Source: Burkholderiaceae bacterium (lineage in GTDB: Bacteria; Pseudomonadota; Gammaproteobacteria; Burkholderiales; Burkholderiaceae_E). From it: a DNA stretch of 64,000 nt. Numbering within the stretch: the first letter of the stretch is position 1; each line of letters begins with the position of its first letter. The notes beneath the pieces are model-generated. The model was not told the DNA's origin. It saw only the letters and a list, made by a program, of their open reading frames with translations, and ran no database searches. Where the stretch lies: positions 3,910,086-3,974,085 of the forward strand of contig JASGIS010000001.1 in the NCBI GenBank assembly GCA_047601745.1, read 5' to 3'. Positions 43,014 through 54,056 of the stretch are shown one piece after another. The translations under genes were made by a program, and so were the position numbers.

Positions 43014-43710
43014 AATGGAAGGGGTCAGCGCCGCGTACGGCAAGGCGATCGCGCTCGAAGACGTGTCGCTGAACGTGGCCGCCGGCGAACTGGTCGTCGT
43101 GCTCGGGCCGAACGGGGCGGGCAAGTCGACGCTGCTCAAGGTGATCTCGGGTTCGCTGCCGTCGCGGGGCGGGCTGATGTTCGACGGGCGTTCGCTGCAC
43201 GGCGTGCCGATCCACCAGGTCGTCGGTCGCGGCATCTGCCACTGCCCAGAGGGGCGCCGCCTGTTTCCCGAGCTCAGCGTGCACAAGAACCTGATGCTCG
43301 GCGCGTTCCTGCGCAAGGACGCACAGGCCGTGCAGCGCGACCTCGACCGCGTGCACCAGATGTTCCCGGTGTTGCGCGAGCGCTCGGGCCAGGTCGTCAG
43401 CACTTTGTCCGGCGGTCAGCAGCAGATGGTCGCGATCGGCCGCGCGCTGATGGGCGCTCCGAAGCTGCTGCTGCTGGACGAGCCGTCGGTTGGTATCGCG
43501 CACCGCCTGAAGATGGAGATCTTCGACGCGATCCGGCAGATCCGCGCCGACGGTGTCGCGATCCTGATGGCCGAGCAGGATGCGCAGTCGGCGCTGCGGA
43601 TCGCCGATCGCGGCTACGTGCTCGAGCATGGCCACGTCGCCCACCACGGCAGCGCCGACGAGCTGAGCCGCGACGACCACATCCGGCAGATCTATCTGGG
43701 CGTGGCTTGA
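43003..43710 (+). CDS. livF: ABC transporter ATP-binding protein (LivF-like)
   Basis: GPNGAGKST, LSGGQQQMVAIGRAL, LLLLDEPS. Confidence 0.9.
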   Translation: MLLEMEGVSAAYGKAIALEDVSLNVAAGELVVVLGPNGAGKSTLLKVISGSLPSRGGLMFDGRSLHGVPIHQVVGRGICHCPEGRRLFPELSVHKNLMLGAFLRKDAQAVQRDLDRVHQMFPVLRERSGQVVSTLSGGQQQMVAIGRALMGAPKLLLLDEPSVGIAHRLKMEIFDAIRQIRADGVAILMAEQDAQSALRIADRGYVLEHGHVAHHGSADELSRDDHIRQIYLGVA

Positions 43711-43858
43711 GAATCGGTGAACGAACCGGTCCAGCCGCTCGGCCGCGTTCGATTCGTTCACGATTCGTTCACGGATTCCGAGCCGCGCGGATCGCTGCCG
43801 GACGCCGCGCGGGACGGCGCTGGTCCGGGTCGTCCGACCGTTCGTCGGGCCGCCGATT

Positions 43859-43887
43859 TTGCCTGGCCGTCGCCGGGCGTATATACT
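43859..43887 (+). promoter_or_regulatory. Candidate sigma70 promoter (TTGCCT-17 nt-TATACT), about 270 nt upstream of scpB
   Basis: Hexamer match and 17-nt spacing. An isolated AT-rich hexamer in a GC-rich intergenic region. Confidence 0.35.
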
Positions 43888-44160
43888 GACTGTCGAAAAC
43901 CGTGGTTCGGCTTGCGATCGCGCGTCAATGACGGCGCTGTCGTCAACCGCCAGTACTCGGCCAGCGTGACCAGCCCCGGTACCCGGCCGTCCAGGCCCGC
44001 GAGGCGAGAGACCTGGTCCGCCGAGGATTCCCTCCTGGCGTCTGCCGAATCGCAAGCTTGAACGGGCCGCTTCGTTTCCGAAGCGCGCCACTCCCTGACG
44101 TAGGCAATTGTCCAACCGGATGCGGCGCCGACCTGCCAGCGCGCCGCCGGGTTCAGGCGG

Positions 44161-44862
44161 ATGAACACCGCACAAGCGAAGATCATTATCGAAGCGGCGT
44201 TGATGAGCGCCGGACAGCCGTTGTCGGTGACGGACCTGCGTCGCCTGTTCGACGACACGCTGTCCGCCGATCTGATCCGGGCCCTGCTCGGCGAGATCCG
44301 GCTCGACTGGAGCGGACGCGGCGTCGCGCTGGTGTCGCTGGCCAGCGGCTGGCGCTTCCAGACGACCGCGCAGGTCGCGCCGTTCCTGGATCGGCTGCAC
44401 GCCGAGAAACCGCCGAAGTACTCGCGCGCGGTCATGGAGACGCTGGCGATCATCGCTTACCGTCAGCCGGTCACCCGCGGCGACATCGAGGAGATTCGCG
44501 GGGTGACCGTATCGTCGCATGCGATCAAGGCGCTGCAGGATCGCGGCTGGGTCGAGGTCGTCGGTCACCGGGAAGTGCTCGGCCGCCCCGAACTGATCGG
44601 CACCACGCGCCAGTTCCTCGACGACATGGGCCTGTCCGCGCTGAGCGAACTGCCGTCGCTGACCGACGGCGAGGGGCTGGTCCAGGTGATGGAGCAACGG
44701 ATGATGGATTTCGAGGCATCGCGACCCGCGCAGGACGAAGCGCCGGCCGGCGAGCCGCCCGGCGTCGCCCTCGCGGTCGACGCCTCGCACGCCGAAGGGC
44801 GAGACGACCCGCAACGGGTCACCACCAATGAACCCGTCGAGGGGAATGCGCTTGAGCAGTAA
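44161..44862 (+). CDS. scpB: Segregation and condensation protein B
   Basis: ...[15 protein letters not shown]...SGWRFQT...[23 protein letters not shown]. Confidence 0.9.
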   Translation: MNTAQAKIIIEAALMSAGQPLSVTDLRRLFDDTLSADLIRALLGEIRLDWSGRGVALVSLASGWRFQTTAQVAPFLDRLHAEKPPKYSRAVMETLAIIAYRQPVTRGDIEEIRGVTVSSHAIKALQDRGWVEVVGHREVLGRPELIGTTRQFLDDMGLSALSELPSLTDGEGLVQVMEQRMMDFEASRPAQDEAPAGEPPGVALAVDASHAEGRDDPQRVTTNEPVEGNALEQ

Positions 44863-46849
44863 CAACTTTGCCGAAGACACGCCGCAGACGGGTGTTCCAT
44901 CGGAATCGTCGGAGCCGTCCGCGTCCATTGAATCGTCGGCCAACGGCCTGCGCCGCCGGCCGCCGCGCGCGGGCCGCCGTCGAAACCGTCCGGCCAACGG
45001 CCAGGGCGCCGACCGTCCGTCGCCGGACGGCGTCGACGCGCAGCCTTCGCGAGGCGAGGGCGACGACGCGGCCGAGGCCCGTGCCGATGCGGGTGACGGC
45101 GTTGCGGGCGATCGCGGACCGCAGAAGGGCCCGCGTCGCCGCCGGGGCGGGCGCGTGCAGCGTCCGGACGGCGAGCCGCGCGAGGCGGCCGCTCAGCCGC
45201 GCCAGGGCCGCGGCGCCCGGCGTCCGGGCGGCGCGAACGCCGGCGCTCCGGCCGGCCGCGCGCAGGGGCCTCGTCCGGGGCGCGGGCGCGGCCCGCGGAT
45301 GCTGGTCGATGCGGCCGATCTGCCGCCCGACGCCGTCCGCATCGATGCGTCGGAGATCGTCGGCGCGCCGGCCGAGGATCAGGAACCGCTGTCGGTGTTC
45401 TCGGAGGCCGCCCGTTTCGGCGTCGTGCCGAACGAGCCCGGCGCGCGCGGACGCGGCAAGTCCAAGCCGTTGCCGCCCGGCGATGACGCGCCGAAGCTGC
45501 ACAAGGTGCTGGCCGACGGCGGGCTGGGATCGCGGCGGGACATGGAAGAGCTGATCGTCTCCGGTCGCGTCTCGGTCAACGGGCAGCCGGCGCACATCGG
45601 CCAGCGCATCGGGCCGACCGATCAGGTCCGCGTCAACGGCCGGCTGATCAAGCGGCCGGCGGCGCCTCCGCCGCCGCGCGTGCTCGTCTACCACAAGCCG
45701 GCCGGCGAGATCACGACCCGCGACGATCCGAAGCAGCGCAATACGGTGTTCGACCGTCTGCCCCGCGTCAAGGACGGACGCTGGATCTCGGTCGGGCGGC
45801 TCGACTACAACACCGAGGGCCTGCTGATCTTCACGACCTCGGGGGACATCGCCAACAAGCTGATGCACCCGCGCTACGGCTGGGAGCGCGAGTACGCGGT
45901 GCGTGTGCTCGGGCGGATCGATGACGAAGGGCGCGAGCGACTGCTCGCCGGCATCGAACTGGACGACGGGCCGGCTGCGCTGCTCAGTTGCGAGGACGTC
46001 GGCGGCGACGGCGCCAATCACTGGTACCGCGTCGTCATCGACGAAGGCCGCAACCGCGAAGTGCGGCGGCTGTTCGAGGCGCTCGGCCTGACGGTCAGCC
46101 GGCTGGTGCGGATCCGCTTCGGCCCGGTCGGCCTGTCGAGGCAACTGCCGCGCGGGCGCTGGCTCGAGCTGCCGGATGCCGAGGTCCATCAACTGGTCCA
46201 GATGCTGGCCAAGCCCGCTGCGGCGCAGGCGGCCGGCGCTTCGCCCGACGACGACGATGAAGAGGCGGCCGCCCGGCGCGCCGCCCGCGACGACGATGAC
46301 GGCGACGAGTTCGACGATGATCTGTGGGATGACGATCGTCAGCCGGATTTCGGTCTGCTGCCGTCCGACGAGCCGGCGCCGCTCAGCGCCGAGCAGCAGG
46401 ACGACGACTGGCAGCCGCGTTCGGCCAATGCCCACCTCGAAGGCATCACGCGCCGGGTCCGGGCCGGCGACGGTCTGCCCCGCAAATCGGCACGCGGCCA
46501 GCGGCGAGGCCGCCAGAACGACCCGCTGGGCTTGTTCAACCCCGCGGCGGCGCCGATGGGCGCCGGGCGCGGAGCGGCTCTGCCCGGCGCGGGCAATCGT
46601 GCGCCGGGTGCACCGCGCGGCGGCAATCGCAAACGGGGCCGGGGGGGCGTGCAGGCCGGGCCTCCGAACGGCGGCGGCGGCGGCGGCGGCCGTGCGGTCG
46701 GCGGACGCGGTAACGGCGCGCCGCCCGGAGCGGGCGGCAACCGCGCCGGCGGACGGGCGCCGGGCGGCGGCAACGCTCCGCGCGGCGCGGCGCGAGGCCC
46801 GCGTCGGGGAGGGCGAGGCGGGCGAGGCGGCGGCGGCCAGCCCGCGTGA
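44846..46849 (+). CDS. rluB: 23S rRNA pseudouridine synthase RluB with very long R/G/P/D-rich N- and C-terminal tails
   Basis: S4 domain [30 protein letters not shown]. Catalytic motif [15 protein letters not shown]. Start is 44846 or 44828, and both overlap the scpB end. Confidence 0.85.
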   Translation: MRLSSNNFAEDTPQTGVPSESSEPSASIESSANGLRRRPPRAGRRRNRPANGQGADRPSPDGVDAQPSRGEGDDAAEARADAGDGVAGDRGPQKGPRRRRGGRVQRPDGEPREAAAQPRQGRGARRPGGANAGAPAGRAQGPRPGRGRGPRMLVDAADLPPDAVRIDASEIVGAPAEDQEPLSVFSEAARFGVVPNEPGARGRGKSKPLPPGDDAPKLHKVLADGGLGSRRDMEELIVSGRVSVNGQPAHIGQRIGPTDQVRVNGRLIKRPAAPPPPRVLVYHKPAGEITTRDDPKQRNTVFDRLPRVKDGRWISVGRLDYNTEGLLIFTTSGDIANKLMHPRYGWEREYAVRVLGRIDDEGRERLLAGIELDDGPAALLSCEDVGGDGANHWYRVVIDEGRNREVRRLFEALGLTVSRLVRIRFGPVGLSRQLPRGRWLELPDAEVHQLVQMLAKPAAAQAAGASPDDDDEEAAARRAARDDDDGDEFDDDLWDDDRQPDFGLLPSDEPAPLSAEQQDDDWQPRSANAHLEGITRRVRAGDGLPRKSARGQRRGRQNDPLGLFNPAAAPMGAGRGAALPGAGNRAPGAPRGGNRKRGRGGVQAGPPNGGGGGGGRAVGGRGNGAPPGAGGNRAGGRAPGGGNAPRGAARGPRRGGRGGRGGGGQPA

Positions 46850-47019
46850 CGCGGTCTTCGCGGCTCGTCGCACCGGATCCTTCGTCGGTCGAATCACGTT
46901 CGGCCGAAGCTCGGGTCCGCGGTGCGGGATCGTCGTGGGATTCGTGAAGAATTCGTGAACGATCGCACGATCACGCCGGGATTTCCGGCCTCGCGCTTGC
47001 TTCGGAGCCGCGCGGGGGC

Positions 47020-47048
47020 TGGTCAAAGGCGGGCCGTCCGTATATAAT
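47020..47048 (+). promoter_or_regulatory. Sigma70-like promoter (TGGTCA-17 nt-TATAAT) upstream of rimP-nusA-infB
   Basis: Perfect -10 hexamer, 4/6 match at -35, 17-nt spacer. Confidence 0.5.
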
Positions 47049-47157
47049 CCGCAGATTGCGAGCGCTCAGGCTTCCTCCGATTGCCTTCGATAGTAGCCAA
47101 CTCATCGAGGCGTTTAGAGTTGTCGTCGGAAGGTGATCGGGGTGCGCTCGGTGGATC

Positions 47158-47185
47158 AATGGGCCGGTGGTGCCCATTTTTTTTT
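47158..47185 (+). terminator. Intrinsic terminator / attenuator hairpin in the rimP leader
   Basis: AATGGGC-7 nt loop-GCCCATT, running into a run of 9 T. Confidence 0.55.
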
Positions 47186-47256
47186 GCCGCTGCCGATGCG
47201 TCGACGACGACGCCGCCGGTCGTTCGGGCAGCGGTCGGCAGCGAGCAGGTTAGAGG

Positions 47257-48051
47257 ATGGTGTTGCAGTCGGTCATCGAAGAGTGTCTGACCGGTCTGGG
47301 CTATGAGCTTGTCGAACTCGAGCACGGCCCGGGCGGGTTGTTGCGCGTGTTCATCGATTTCGCGCCCACGGCGCCGGGCCTCGTGCCGGCGCCGGGCGTC
47401 GGGGCGGGGTCGTCCCCGGCGGACGAGCACGACGTCGCGGCTGGTTCGCCGGCGGATGCCGGCTCGGCAGATGTTCGTTCGGCGGACGTTGGTTCGGCGG
47501 ACGCTCATTCGGCACGGGCCGGGTTGCCGGATGCTTCGTCGGCGCAGGCCTCGTCGGCCGATGCCGGCGGGGCGCCGGATCCGTCCGGGCAGGCCGGCGC
47601 CGGCGGCACGCCGCTGATCCGGATCGAGGACTGCGAACGCGTCTCGCATCAGTTGACGCACGTGCTGACGGTCGAAGGCGTCGATTATTCGCGTCTCGAG
47701 GTCTCGTCGCCCGGTCTGGACCGGCCGTTGCGCAAGCAGGCCGATTTCGAGCGCTTCGCGGGGCTGGACGTCGCGCTGCGCCTGAAGCGTCCGTTCGAGG
47801 GGCGGCGCAACTACGAAGGTCGGTTGACGATCGAGGGCGACGGCCGTTTCGGCATCGAATATTCCGATGCGCCGGCCGATCCCTCGGGTCCGGGGGCGCG
47901 GCGCCGCGGAGCGGCCGGGCGCTCGGGCGGCCGGGCCGCCGCCGGCGCGAAGCCGGGCCGCCGGCAGGCGCCCGCGGCGCCGACCCACAAGATGGTTTTC
48001 GTGCTGGACGAGATCGACCGGGCGCGCCTGGTGCCGTCGTTCAAGTTCTAG
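47257..48051 (+). CDS. rimP: Ribosome maturation factor RimP, with two low-complexity insertions
   Basis: [12 protein letters not shown]...[38 protein letters not shown]...[14 protein letters not shown]. The real start may be TTG at 47263, giving M-Q-S-V-I-E. Confidence 0.85.
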   Translation: MVLQSVIEECLTGLGYELVELEHGPGGLLRVFIDFAPTAPGLVPAPGVGAGSSPADEHDVAAGSPADAGSADVRSADVGSADAHSARAGLPDASSAQASSADAGGAPDPSGQAGAGGTPLIRIEDCERVSHQLTHVLTVEGVDYSRLEVSSPGLDRPLRKQADFERFAGLDVALRLKRPFEGRRNYEGRLTIEGDGRFGIEYSDAPADPSGPGARRRGAAGRSGGRAAAGAKPGRRQAPAAPTHKMVFVLDEIDRARLVPSFKF

Positions 48052-48090
48052 CGGAATCGTGCAGATGGTTGTTTTAGGAGGCTTCGTCCG

Positions 48091-49575
48091 ATGAGCCGCG
48101 AAGTGTTGTTGCTGGTGGATGCCTTGGCGCGAGAGAAGAACGTCGCGCGCGAGGTGGTTTTCGGTGCGCTCGAAAGCGCGCTGGCTTCTGCAACCAAGAA
48201 GCGTTTCAAGGACGAAGTCGATGTCCGGGTGTCGATCGACCGGTTGACGGGCGAGGCCGAGTCGTTCCGCCGCTGGCAGGTCGTGCCCGACGGCGAACTC
48301 GAGGATCATGACCTGCAGATCATCCTGAGCGAGGCGCGCAAGCAGCTCGCCGACATCCAGGTCGGCGACTACGTCGAAGAAGAGCTCGAACCGGTCGACA
48401 TGGGGCGGATCGGCGCGCAGGCGGCCAAGCAGGTGATCCTGCAGAAGATCCGCGACGCCGAGCGCGAGCAGATCATCGACGACTTCCTGCAGCGCGGCGA
48501 ATCGATCCTGTCCGGCACGATCAAGCGGATGGATCGCGAAGGCGCGATCGTCGAATCCGGCAAGGTCGAGGCGCGGCTGCCGCGCGACCAGATGATCCCC
48601 AAGGAGAATCTGCGCGTCGGCGACCGCGTGCGTGCCTACGTGGCGCGCCTGAACCGCGAGGGGCGCGGGCCGCAGCTGTTCCTGTCGCGCACGTCGCCCG
48701 AATTCATCAAGCATCTGTTCGCGATCGAGGTGCCCGAGATCGAGCAGGGCCTGCTCGAAATCAAGGCCGCCGCGCGCGATCCCGGCGTGCGTGCGAAAAT
48801 CGCGGTGTTCACCCAGGATCGCCGGATCGATCCGATCGGTACCTGCGTCGGCGTGCGCGGTTCGCGCGTGCAGGCCGTGACCGGCGAGCTGGCCGGCGAG
48901 CGCGTCGACATCGTGCTGTGGTCCGAGGATCCGGCGCAGTTCGTCATCGGTGCGCTGGCGCCGGCCAACGTCTCGTCGATCGTCGTCGACGAGGACAAGC
49001 ACAGCATGGACGTCGTCGTCGACGAGGACAACCTCGCGCTGGCGATCGGCACCGGCGGCCGCAACGTGCGGCTGGCGTCCGAGCTGACCGGTTGGCAGAT
49101 CAACATCATGACGGCCGAAGAATCGGCGCAGAAGACCGAGGCCGAGCGGGCGACGGTGCGCGAGCTGTTCATGCACAAGCTGGACGTCGACCAGGAGGTG
49201 GCCGACATCCTGATCGACGAGGGTTTCACCAGCGTCGAGGAAGTGGCCTACGTGCCGCTCAACGAGATGCTCGAGATCGAGTCGTTCGACGAGGACACGG
49301 TCAACGAGTTGCGCAATCGCGCGCGCAACGTGTTGCTGACCGAGGCGATCGTGACCGAGGAGAAGATCGAGAAGACGGCCGAGGATCTGCTGTCGCTCGA
49401 AGGCATGGACAAGGCGCTGGCGGCCAAGCTGGCCGACGCCAACGTCCACAGCCGCGACGATCTGGCCGAACTGGCGGTCGACGAACTGGTCGAGGCGGTC
49501 GGCATCGGCGAGGAGCAGGCCCGGGACCTGATCATGAAGGCCCGTGCGCACTGGTTCGAAAGTGAATCGAACTAG
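48091..49575 (+). CDS. nusA: Transcription termination/antitermination factor NusA
   Basis: [18 protein letters not shown]...; S1 and KH domains plus C-terminal acidic repeats. Confidence 0.95.
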   Translation: MSREVLLLVDALAREKNVAREVVFGALESALASATKKRFKDEVDVRVSIDRLTGEAESFRRWQVVPDGELEDHDLQIILSEARKQLADIQVGDYVEEELEPVDMGRIGAQAAKQVILQKIRDAEREQIIDDFLQRGESILSGTIKRMDREGAIVESGKVEARLPRDQMIPKENLRVGDRVRAYVARLNREGRGPQLFLSRTSPEFIKHLFAIEVPEIEQGLLEIKAAARDPGVRAKIAVFTQDRRIDPIGTCVGVRGSRVQAVTGELAGERVDIVLWSEDPAQFVIGALAPANVSSIVVDEDKHSMDVVVDEDNLALAIGTGGRNVRLASELTGWQINIMTAEESAQKTEAERATVRELFMHKLDVDQEVADILIDEGFTSVEEVAYVPLNEMLEIESFDEDTVNELRNRARNVLLTEAIVTEEKIEKTAEDLLSLEGMDKALAAKLADANVHSRDDLAELAVDELVEAVGIGEEQARDLIMKARAHWFESESN

Positions 49576-49712
49576 CCGCCGGCAGGCTTGGCCTGAGGCA
49601 ATCGAACTCCGGGCTGCCGGCAGGATCGCCCGGGGGGTAACGGATGAGAGGCGCGCCATGTAGGTGGGCGACAAACACGCCGAGCGGCGCCTGTTGGGGA
49701 TGAAGAGGTCAT

Positions 49713-52670
49713 ATGGCAAGTACGAATGTTGCGAAGTTTGCTGCGGAATTGAGAATGCCCGCCGAGGTGCTGCTCGACCAGCTGCGCTCGGCCGGCGTGG
49801 TCAAGCACACGCCGAACGACGAGATCACCGAAACCGACAAGGAACAGTTGCTGGCGTCGTTGCGCAAGTCGCATGGCAGTGAGGAAGCGGCCAAGAAGAA
49901 GATCACGTTGACGCGCAAGCAGACATCCGAGATCAAGCAGGCCGATTCGACGGGTCGTAATCGCACGATCCAGGTCGAGGTGCGCAAGAAGCGCGTGTTC
50001 GTCAAGCGCGACCCCAATGAAGCGGCAGCCGACCAGGCGGTCGATGCGCGCGAAGAAGAAGTGAACGAACCGGTGGTACAGGTCATCGACGAGGCGCAGC
50101 GTCAGCAGCGCGAAGAGGAAGAACACCGTCAGCGCGAACTGCTCGAGCGCCAGGCCGCCGAGCTGCGCGAGAAGCAGGAACGGCTCGAACGCGAGGCCCG
50201 GCTCGAGGCCGAGGCGGCGGCCGAGGCCGCGCGCCGCTCCGAAGAGGCGCAACGGCAGCTCGAGCTCGAGCGCGCCGCCGCGGCCGAGCGGGCCGAGAAA
50301 GCCGAGCAGGCGCGCCGCGCCGAGGCCGCCGCGGCCCAGCAGTCCGAGGAAACGCGCGTCGCCCGCGAGGCGCAGAAGGCCGAGGAGGACCGCAAGGCCG
50401 CCGAACAGGCCGCCGCCGCGCAGGCCGCGGTCGACGCGGCCGCCGAGCGTTCGCGCAAGGCGCAGGAACAGATGGCCGCGCAGGCCGAGGCGCGTCGCGC
50501 CGTCGAGCGCGAGGTCGCCGAGATCAACCGGCTGATGGAAATGCAGCGCCGGCCGCAGCCGAAGGTGGCCACGCCGCCGCCGGCTCCGCCGGTCGTCGCC
50601 AAGACGGCCGCGCCGGCGGCACCGGGTGCACGCCCGACGGCGCCGGGCACGCTGCATCGGCCGGCGGGCACCAAGGACGGCAAGGCGCCGGCGACGGCTG
50701 CGCCCGGTACCGCCGACGCCAAGGACAAGAAACACGTCAAGGCCGAGAAGCTGTCGTCGTCGTGGCACGAGGAAGGCGCCAAGCGTCGCGCGATCAAGAC
50801 GCGCGGCGACTCGGCCGGCGGCGCCGGCGGATGGCGCGGCGGCGGTCGCGGATCGCGCCATCGCGATCATCGCGAGGAATCGAACTTCCAGGCGTCCAGC
50901 AACGAGCCGGTGGTGCGCGAAGTGCACGTGCCCGAGACGATCACCGTGGCCGACCTGGCGCACAAGATGTCGGTCAAGGCCGCCGAAGTGATCAAGGCGC
51001 TGATGAAACTCGGCCAGATGGTCACGATCAACCAGGTGCTCGACCAGGAAACGGCGATGATCCTCGTCGAAGAACTCGGGCACAAGGCGGTGGCCGCCAA
51101 GCTCGACGATCCCGAGGCCTTCCTCGTCGACTCGCACGCGAACAACACCGACGAGCTGCTGCCGCGTCCGCCGGTCGTCACCGTCATGGGCCACGTCGAC
51201 CACGGCAAGACCTCGCTGCTGGACTTCATCCGGCGCACCAAGGTCGCGTCCGGCGAGGCCGGCGGCATCACGCAGCACATCGGCGCTTATCACGTCGAGA
51301 CGCCGCGCGGCGTCGTCACGTTCCTCGATACGCCTGGCCACGAAGCGTTCACCGCGATGCGGGCGCGCGGCGCGGCGGCGACCGACATCGTCATCCTGGT
51401 GGTGGCGGCCGACGATGGCGTGATGCCGCAGACGGTCGAGGCGATCAGCCATGCGAAGGCCGCCAAGGTGCCGATCGTCGTCGCGATGAACAAGATCGAC
51501 AAGCCCGAGGCCAATCCCGACCGGGTCAAGCAGGAACTGGTCGCCAACGACGTGATTCCCGAGGAATACGGCGGCGACGTGCCGATCGTGCCGGTGTCGG
51601 CCAAGACCGGCCAGGGCATCGACGATCTGCTCGAGAACGTGCTGCTGCAGGCCGAGGTGCTCGAGCTGAAGGCGCCGAAGGAAGGCGCGGCCAAGGGCCT
51701 GGTCATCGAGGCGCGGCTGGACAAGGGACGCGGTCCGGTCGCGACCGTGCTGGTCCAGTCCGGCACCTTGAACAAGGGCGACATCGTGCTGGCCGGTTCG
51801 GTGTTCGGCCGGGTCCGCGCGATGATGGACGAGAACGGCAAGAACGTGACGTCCGCGGGCCCGTCGATTCCGGTCGAGATCCAGGGCCTGGCCGAGGTGC
51901 CGCAGGCCGGCGAGGACGTGCTGGTGCTGGGCGACGAGCGCAAGGCGCGCGAGATCGCGCTGTTCCGCCAGGGCAAGTTCCGCGACGTCAAGCTGGCGCG
52001 CCAGCAGGCGGCCAAGCTCGAGAACATGATGGACCAGATGACCGAGGGCGAGGTCAAGACCCTGCCGTTGATCATCAAGGCCGACGTGCAGGGTTCGCAG
52101 GAAGCGCTGGCGCAGTCGATGCTCAAACTGTCGACCGACGAGGTCAGGGTCGTCATCATCCGCCAGGCGGTCGGCGGCATCACCGAGTCCGACGTCAACC
52201 TGGCGACCGCGTCCAAGGCCGTCATCCTCGGCTTCAACGTGCGGGCCGACCAGCAGGCGCGCCGGCTGGCCGATACGAACGGCGTCGACGTCCGCTACTA
52301 CAGCATCATCTACGACGCGGTCGACGAGGTGAAGGCGGCGATGGCCGGCCTGCTGTCGCCCGAGAAGCGCGAGGAGATCCTCGGCCTGGTCGAAATCCGC
52401 CAGGTCATCAAGGTCTCGCGGATCGGCAACATCGCCGGCTGCATGGTGCTCGAGGGCATCGTCCGCCGCGGTGCGCAAGTCCGCCTGCTGCGCGACAGCG
52501 CGGTGATCTGGACCGGCGAGCTCGATTCGCTGCGCCGCTTCAAGGACGACGTGCGCGAGGTCAAGGAAGGCTTCGAGTGCGGCCTGACGCTGCGCAACTA
52601 CGACGACATCCACGTCGGCGACCAGCTCGAGGTGTTCGAAGTGAAGGAAGTGGCGCGCACGACGCTGTGA
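49713..52670 (+). CDS. infB: Translation initiation factor IF-2
   Basis: [16 protein letters not shown]...[20 protein letters not shown]...DTPGHEAF...NKID. Confidence 0.95.
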   Translation: MASTNVAKFAAELRMPAEVLLDQLRSAGVVKHTPNDEITETDKEQLLASLRKSHGSEEAAKKKITLTRKQTSEIKQADSTGRNRTIQVEVRKKRVFVKRDPNEAAADQAVDAREEEVNEPVVQVIDEAQRQQREEEEHRQRELLERQAAELREKQERLEREARLEAEAAAEAARRSEEAQRQLELERAAAAERAEKAEQARRAEAAAAQQSEETRVAREAQKAEEDRKAAEQAAAAQAAVDAAAERSRKAQEQMAAQAEARRAVEREVAEINRLMEMQRRPQPKVATPPPAPPVVAKTAAPAAPGARPTAPGTLHRPAGTKDGKAPATAAPGTADAKDKKHVKAEKLSSSWHEEGAKRRAIKTRGDSAGGAGGWRGGGRGSRHRDHREESNFQASSNEPVVREVHVPETITVADLAHKMSVKAAEVIKALMKLGQMVTINQVLDQETAMILVEELGHKAVAAKLDDPEAFLVDSHANNTDELLPRPPVVTVMGHVDHGKTSLLDFIRRTKVASGEAGGITQHIGAYHVETPRGVVTFLDTPGHEAFTAMRARGAAATDIVILVVAADDGVMPQTVEAISHAKAAKVPIVVAMNKIDKPEANPDRVKQELVANDVIPEEYGGDVPIVPVSAKTGQGIDDLLENVLLQAEVLELKAPKEGAAKGLVIEARLDKGRGPVATVLVQSGTLNKGDIVLAGSVFGRVRAMMDENGKNVTSAGPSIPVEIQGLAEVPQAGEDVLVLGDERKAREIALFRQGKFRDVKLARQQAAKLENMMDQMTEGEVKTLPLIIKADVQGSQEALAQSMLKLSTDEVRVVIIRQAVGGITESDVNLATASKAVILGFNVRADQQARRLADTNGVDVRYYSIIYDAVDEVKAAMAGLLSPEKREEILGLVEIRQVIKVSRIGNIAGCMVLEGIVRRGAQVRLLRDSAVIWTGELDSLRRFKDDVREVKEGFECGLTLRNYDDIHVGDQLEVFEVKEVARTTL

Positions 52671-52701
52671 GGCGTCGTCGCCGCGGCGGTGAGGCCAGCG
52701 T

Positions 52702-53100
52702 ATGAGTCGACACAGCAGGACCGGCGCCGATCGCGGCGTCCGGGTCGCCGAGCAGATCCACCAGGAACTGGCCGAGATGATTCGGGCCGAGGTCAAGGAT
52801 CCGCGGATCGGCATGGTGACCGTCACCGGCGTCGACCTGACGCCGGACTACGCGTACGCGACCGTCCACTACACGGTGCTGCCGGATGACGAGCAGACGG
52901 TGCGCGGCACGCAGGCCGGCCTGGCCCGCGCGGCCGGGTTCCTGCGCGCGCAGTTGTTCAAGCGGGTGCGCATCCACACGACGCCCGAGCTGCGTTTCGC
53001 GCACGATCGCTCGGTCGAGTACGGCGCGCAGATGTCGAAGCTGATCGACCAGGCCAACGCGCGCCACGGCGACGACGTCGACGACGACCCAGCCAATTAG
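52702..53100 (+). CDS. rbfA: Ribosome-binding factor A
   Basis: RVAEQIHQELAEMIRAEVKDPRIGMVTVTGVDLTPDYAYATVHY. Confidence 0.9.
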   Translation: MSRHSRTGADRGVRVAEQIHQELAEMIRAEVKDPRIGMVTVTGVDLTPDYAYATVHYTVLPDDEQTVRGTQAGLARAAGFLRAQLFKRVRIHTTPELRFAHDRSVEYGAQMSKLIDQANARHGDDVDDDPAN

Positions 53101-53114
53101 GAGTCTTTCGAAGC

Positions 53115-54056
53115 ATGACCGTGACCGACGAGACGGCACGTTCGCGTCCGTCGGGTCGGGCACCACGCGAGCGCATCGATGGCGTGCTGCTGTTCGACAA
53201 GCCGCCGGGCCTTAGCTCGAACCAGGCGATGATGGCCGCGCGCCGGCTGATGGGCGCGGCCAAGGCCGGCCATGGCGGCACGCTCGATCCGATGGCCACC
53301 GGGCTGCTGCCGCTGCTGTTCGGCGAGGCGACCAAGTTCGCGCACGATCTGCTCGATGCCGACAAGACCTATCTGGCCGAGATGACGCTCGGCACGCGGA
53401 CCGATACCGGCGACCGTGAAGGCGCGGTGATCGCGACCGCGCGCTGCACGTCGACGCCCGACGACGTGCGGCGCGCCGCGGCCGGATTCGTCGGCGACAT
53501 CGACCAGGTGCCGCCGATGTATTCGGCGCTCAAGCGCGACGGCAAGCCTTTGTACGCGTACGCGCGCGAAGGGGTGACGCTCGAACGCGAGGCGCGGCGC
53601 GTGACGATCCACTCGATCGACGTCGTCGACGTCGATCTGCCGCGGGTGTCGCTGCGCGTGCATTGCAGCAAGGGCACGTACATCCGCACGCTGGTCGAGG
53701 ACATCGGCCTGGCGCTCGGCTGCGGCGCGCACCTGAGCGCGCTGCGCCGCGAGGCGGTGGCCGGGCTGGCCGTCGCCGACGCGATCACGCTGGCGCGGAT
53801 CGAAGCGCTCGACCTGGCGGCGCGGCGCGCGCTGCTCGGGCCGCTGGACAGCCTGCTGGCCGGATTGCCCGACGTGCGGCTCGATCCGGTCATGGCGCGC
53901 CGCTTCGGCCAGGGCCAGCGCCTGCGCCTGCATCCTCCCGACGGCACGCGCTCGCGCGTGCGCGTCTATGCGAACGAACGACTGCTGGGGCTGGCCGCGC
54001 TGGACGACGGCGTGCTGGTCCCGCAACGATTGATTTCAACGGAAACTCCACCATGA
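53115..54056 (+). CDS. truB: tRNA pseudouridine-55 synthase
   Basis: [15 protein letters not shown]...[25 protein letters not shown]. Confidence 0.9.
   Translation: MTVTDETARSRPSGRAPRERIDGVLLFDKPPGLSSNQAMMAARRLMGAAKAGHGGTLDPMATGLLPLLFGEATKFAHDLLDADKTYLAEMTLGTRTDTGDREGAVIATARCTSTPDDVRRAAAGFVGDIDQVPPMYSALKRDGKPLYAYAREGVTLEREARRVTIHSIDVVDVDLPRVSLRVHCSKGTYIRTLVEDIGLALGCGAHLSALRREAVAGLAVADAITLARIEALDLAARRALLGPLDSLLAGLPDVRLDPVMARRFGQGQRLRLHPPDGTRSRVRVYANERLLGLAALDDGVLVPQRLISTETPP

Noticed and set aside
43717-44061. 114-aa plus-strand ORF in the livF-scpB gap
   Set aside because: It has no RBS and an R/P/S/G-rich translation. It also overlaps the promoter-like element. It is treated as non-coding.
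43717-46965. GTGAACGA / TCGTTCAC motif copies flanking the scpB-rluB unit (43717, 43751, 43762, 46951), considered as terminal inverted repeats or an operator
   Set aside because: Only 8-9 nt are shared, with no further similarity in the flanks and no mobility gene. At this length chance recurrence cannot be excluded without a genome-wide count.
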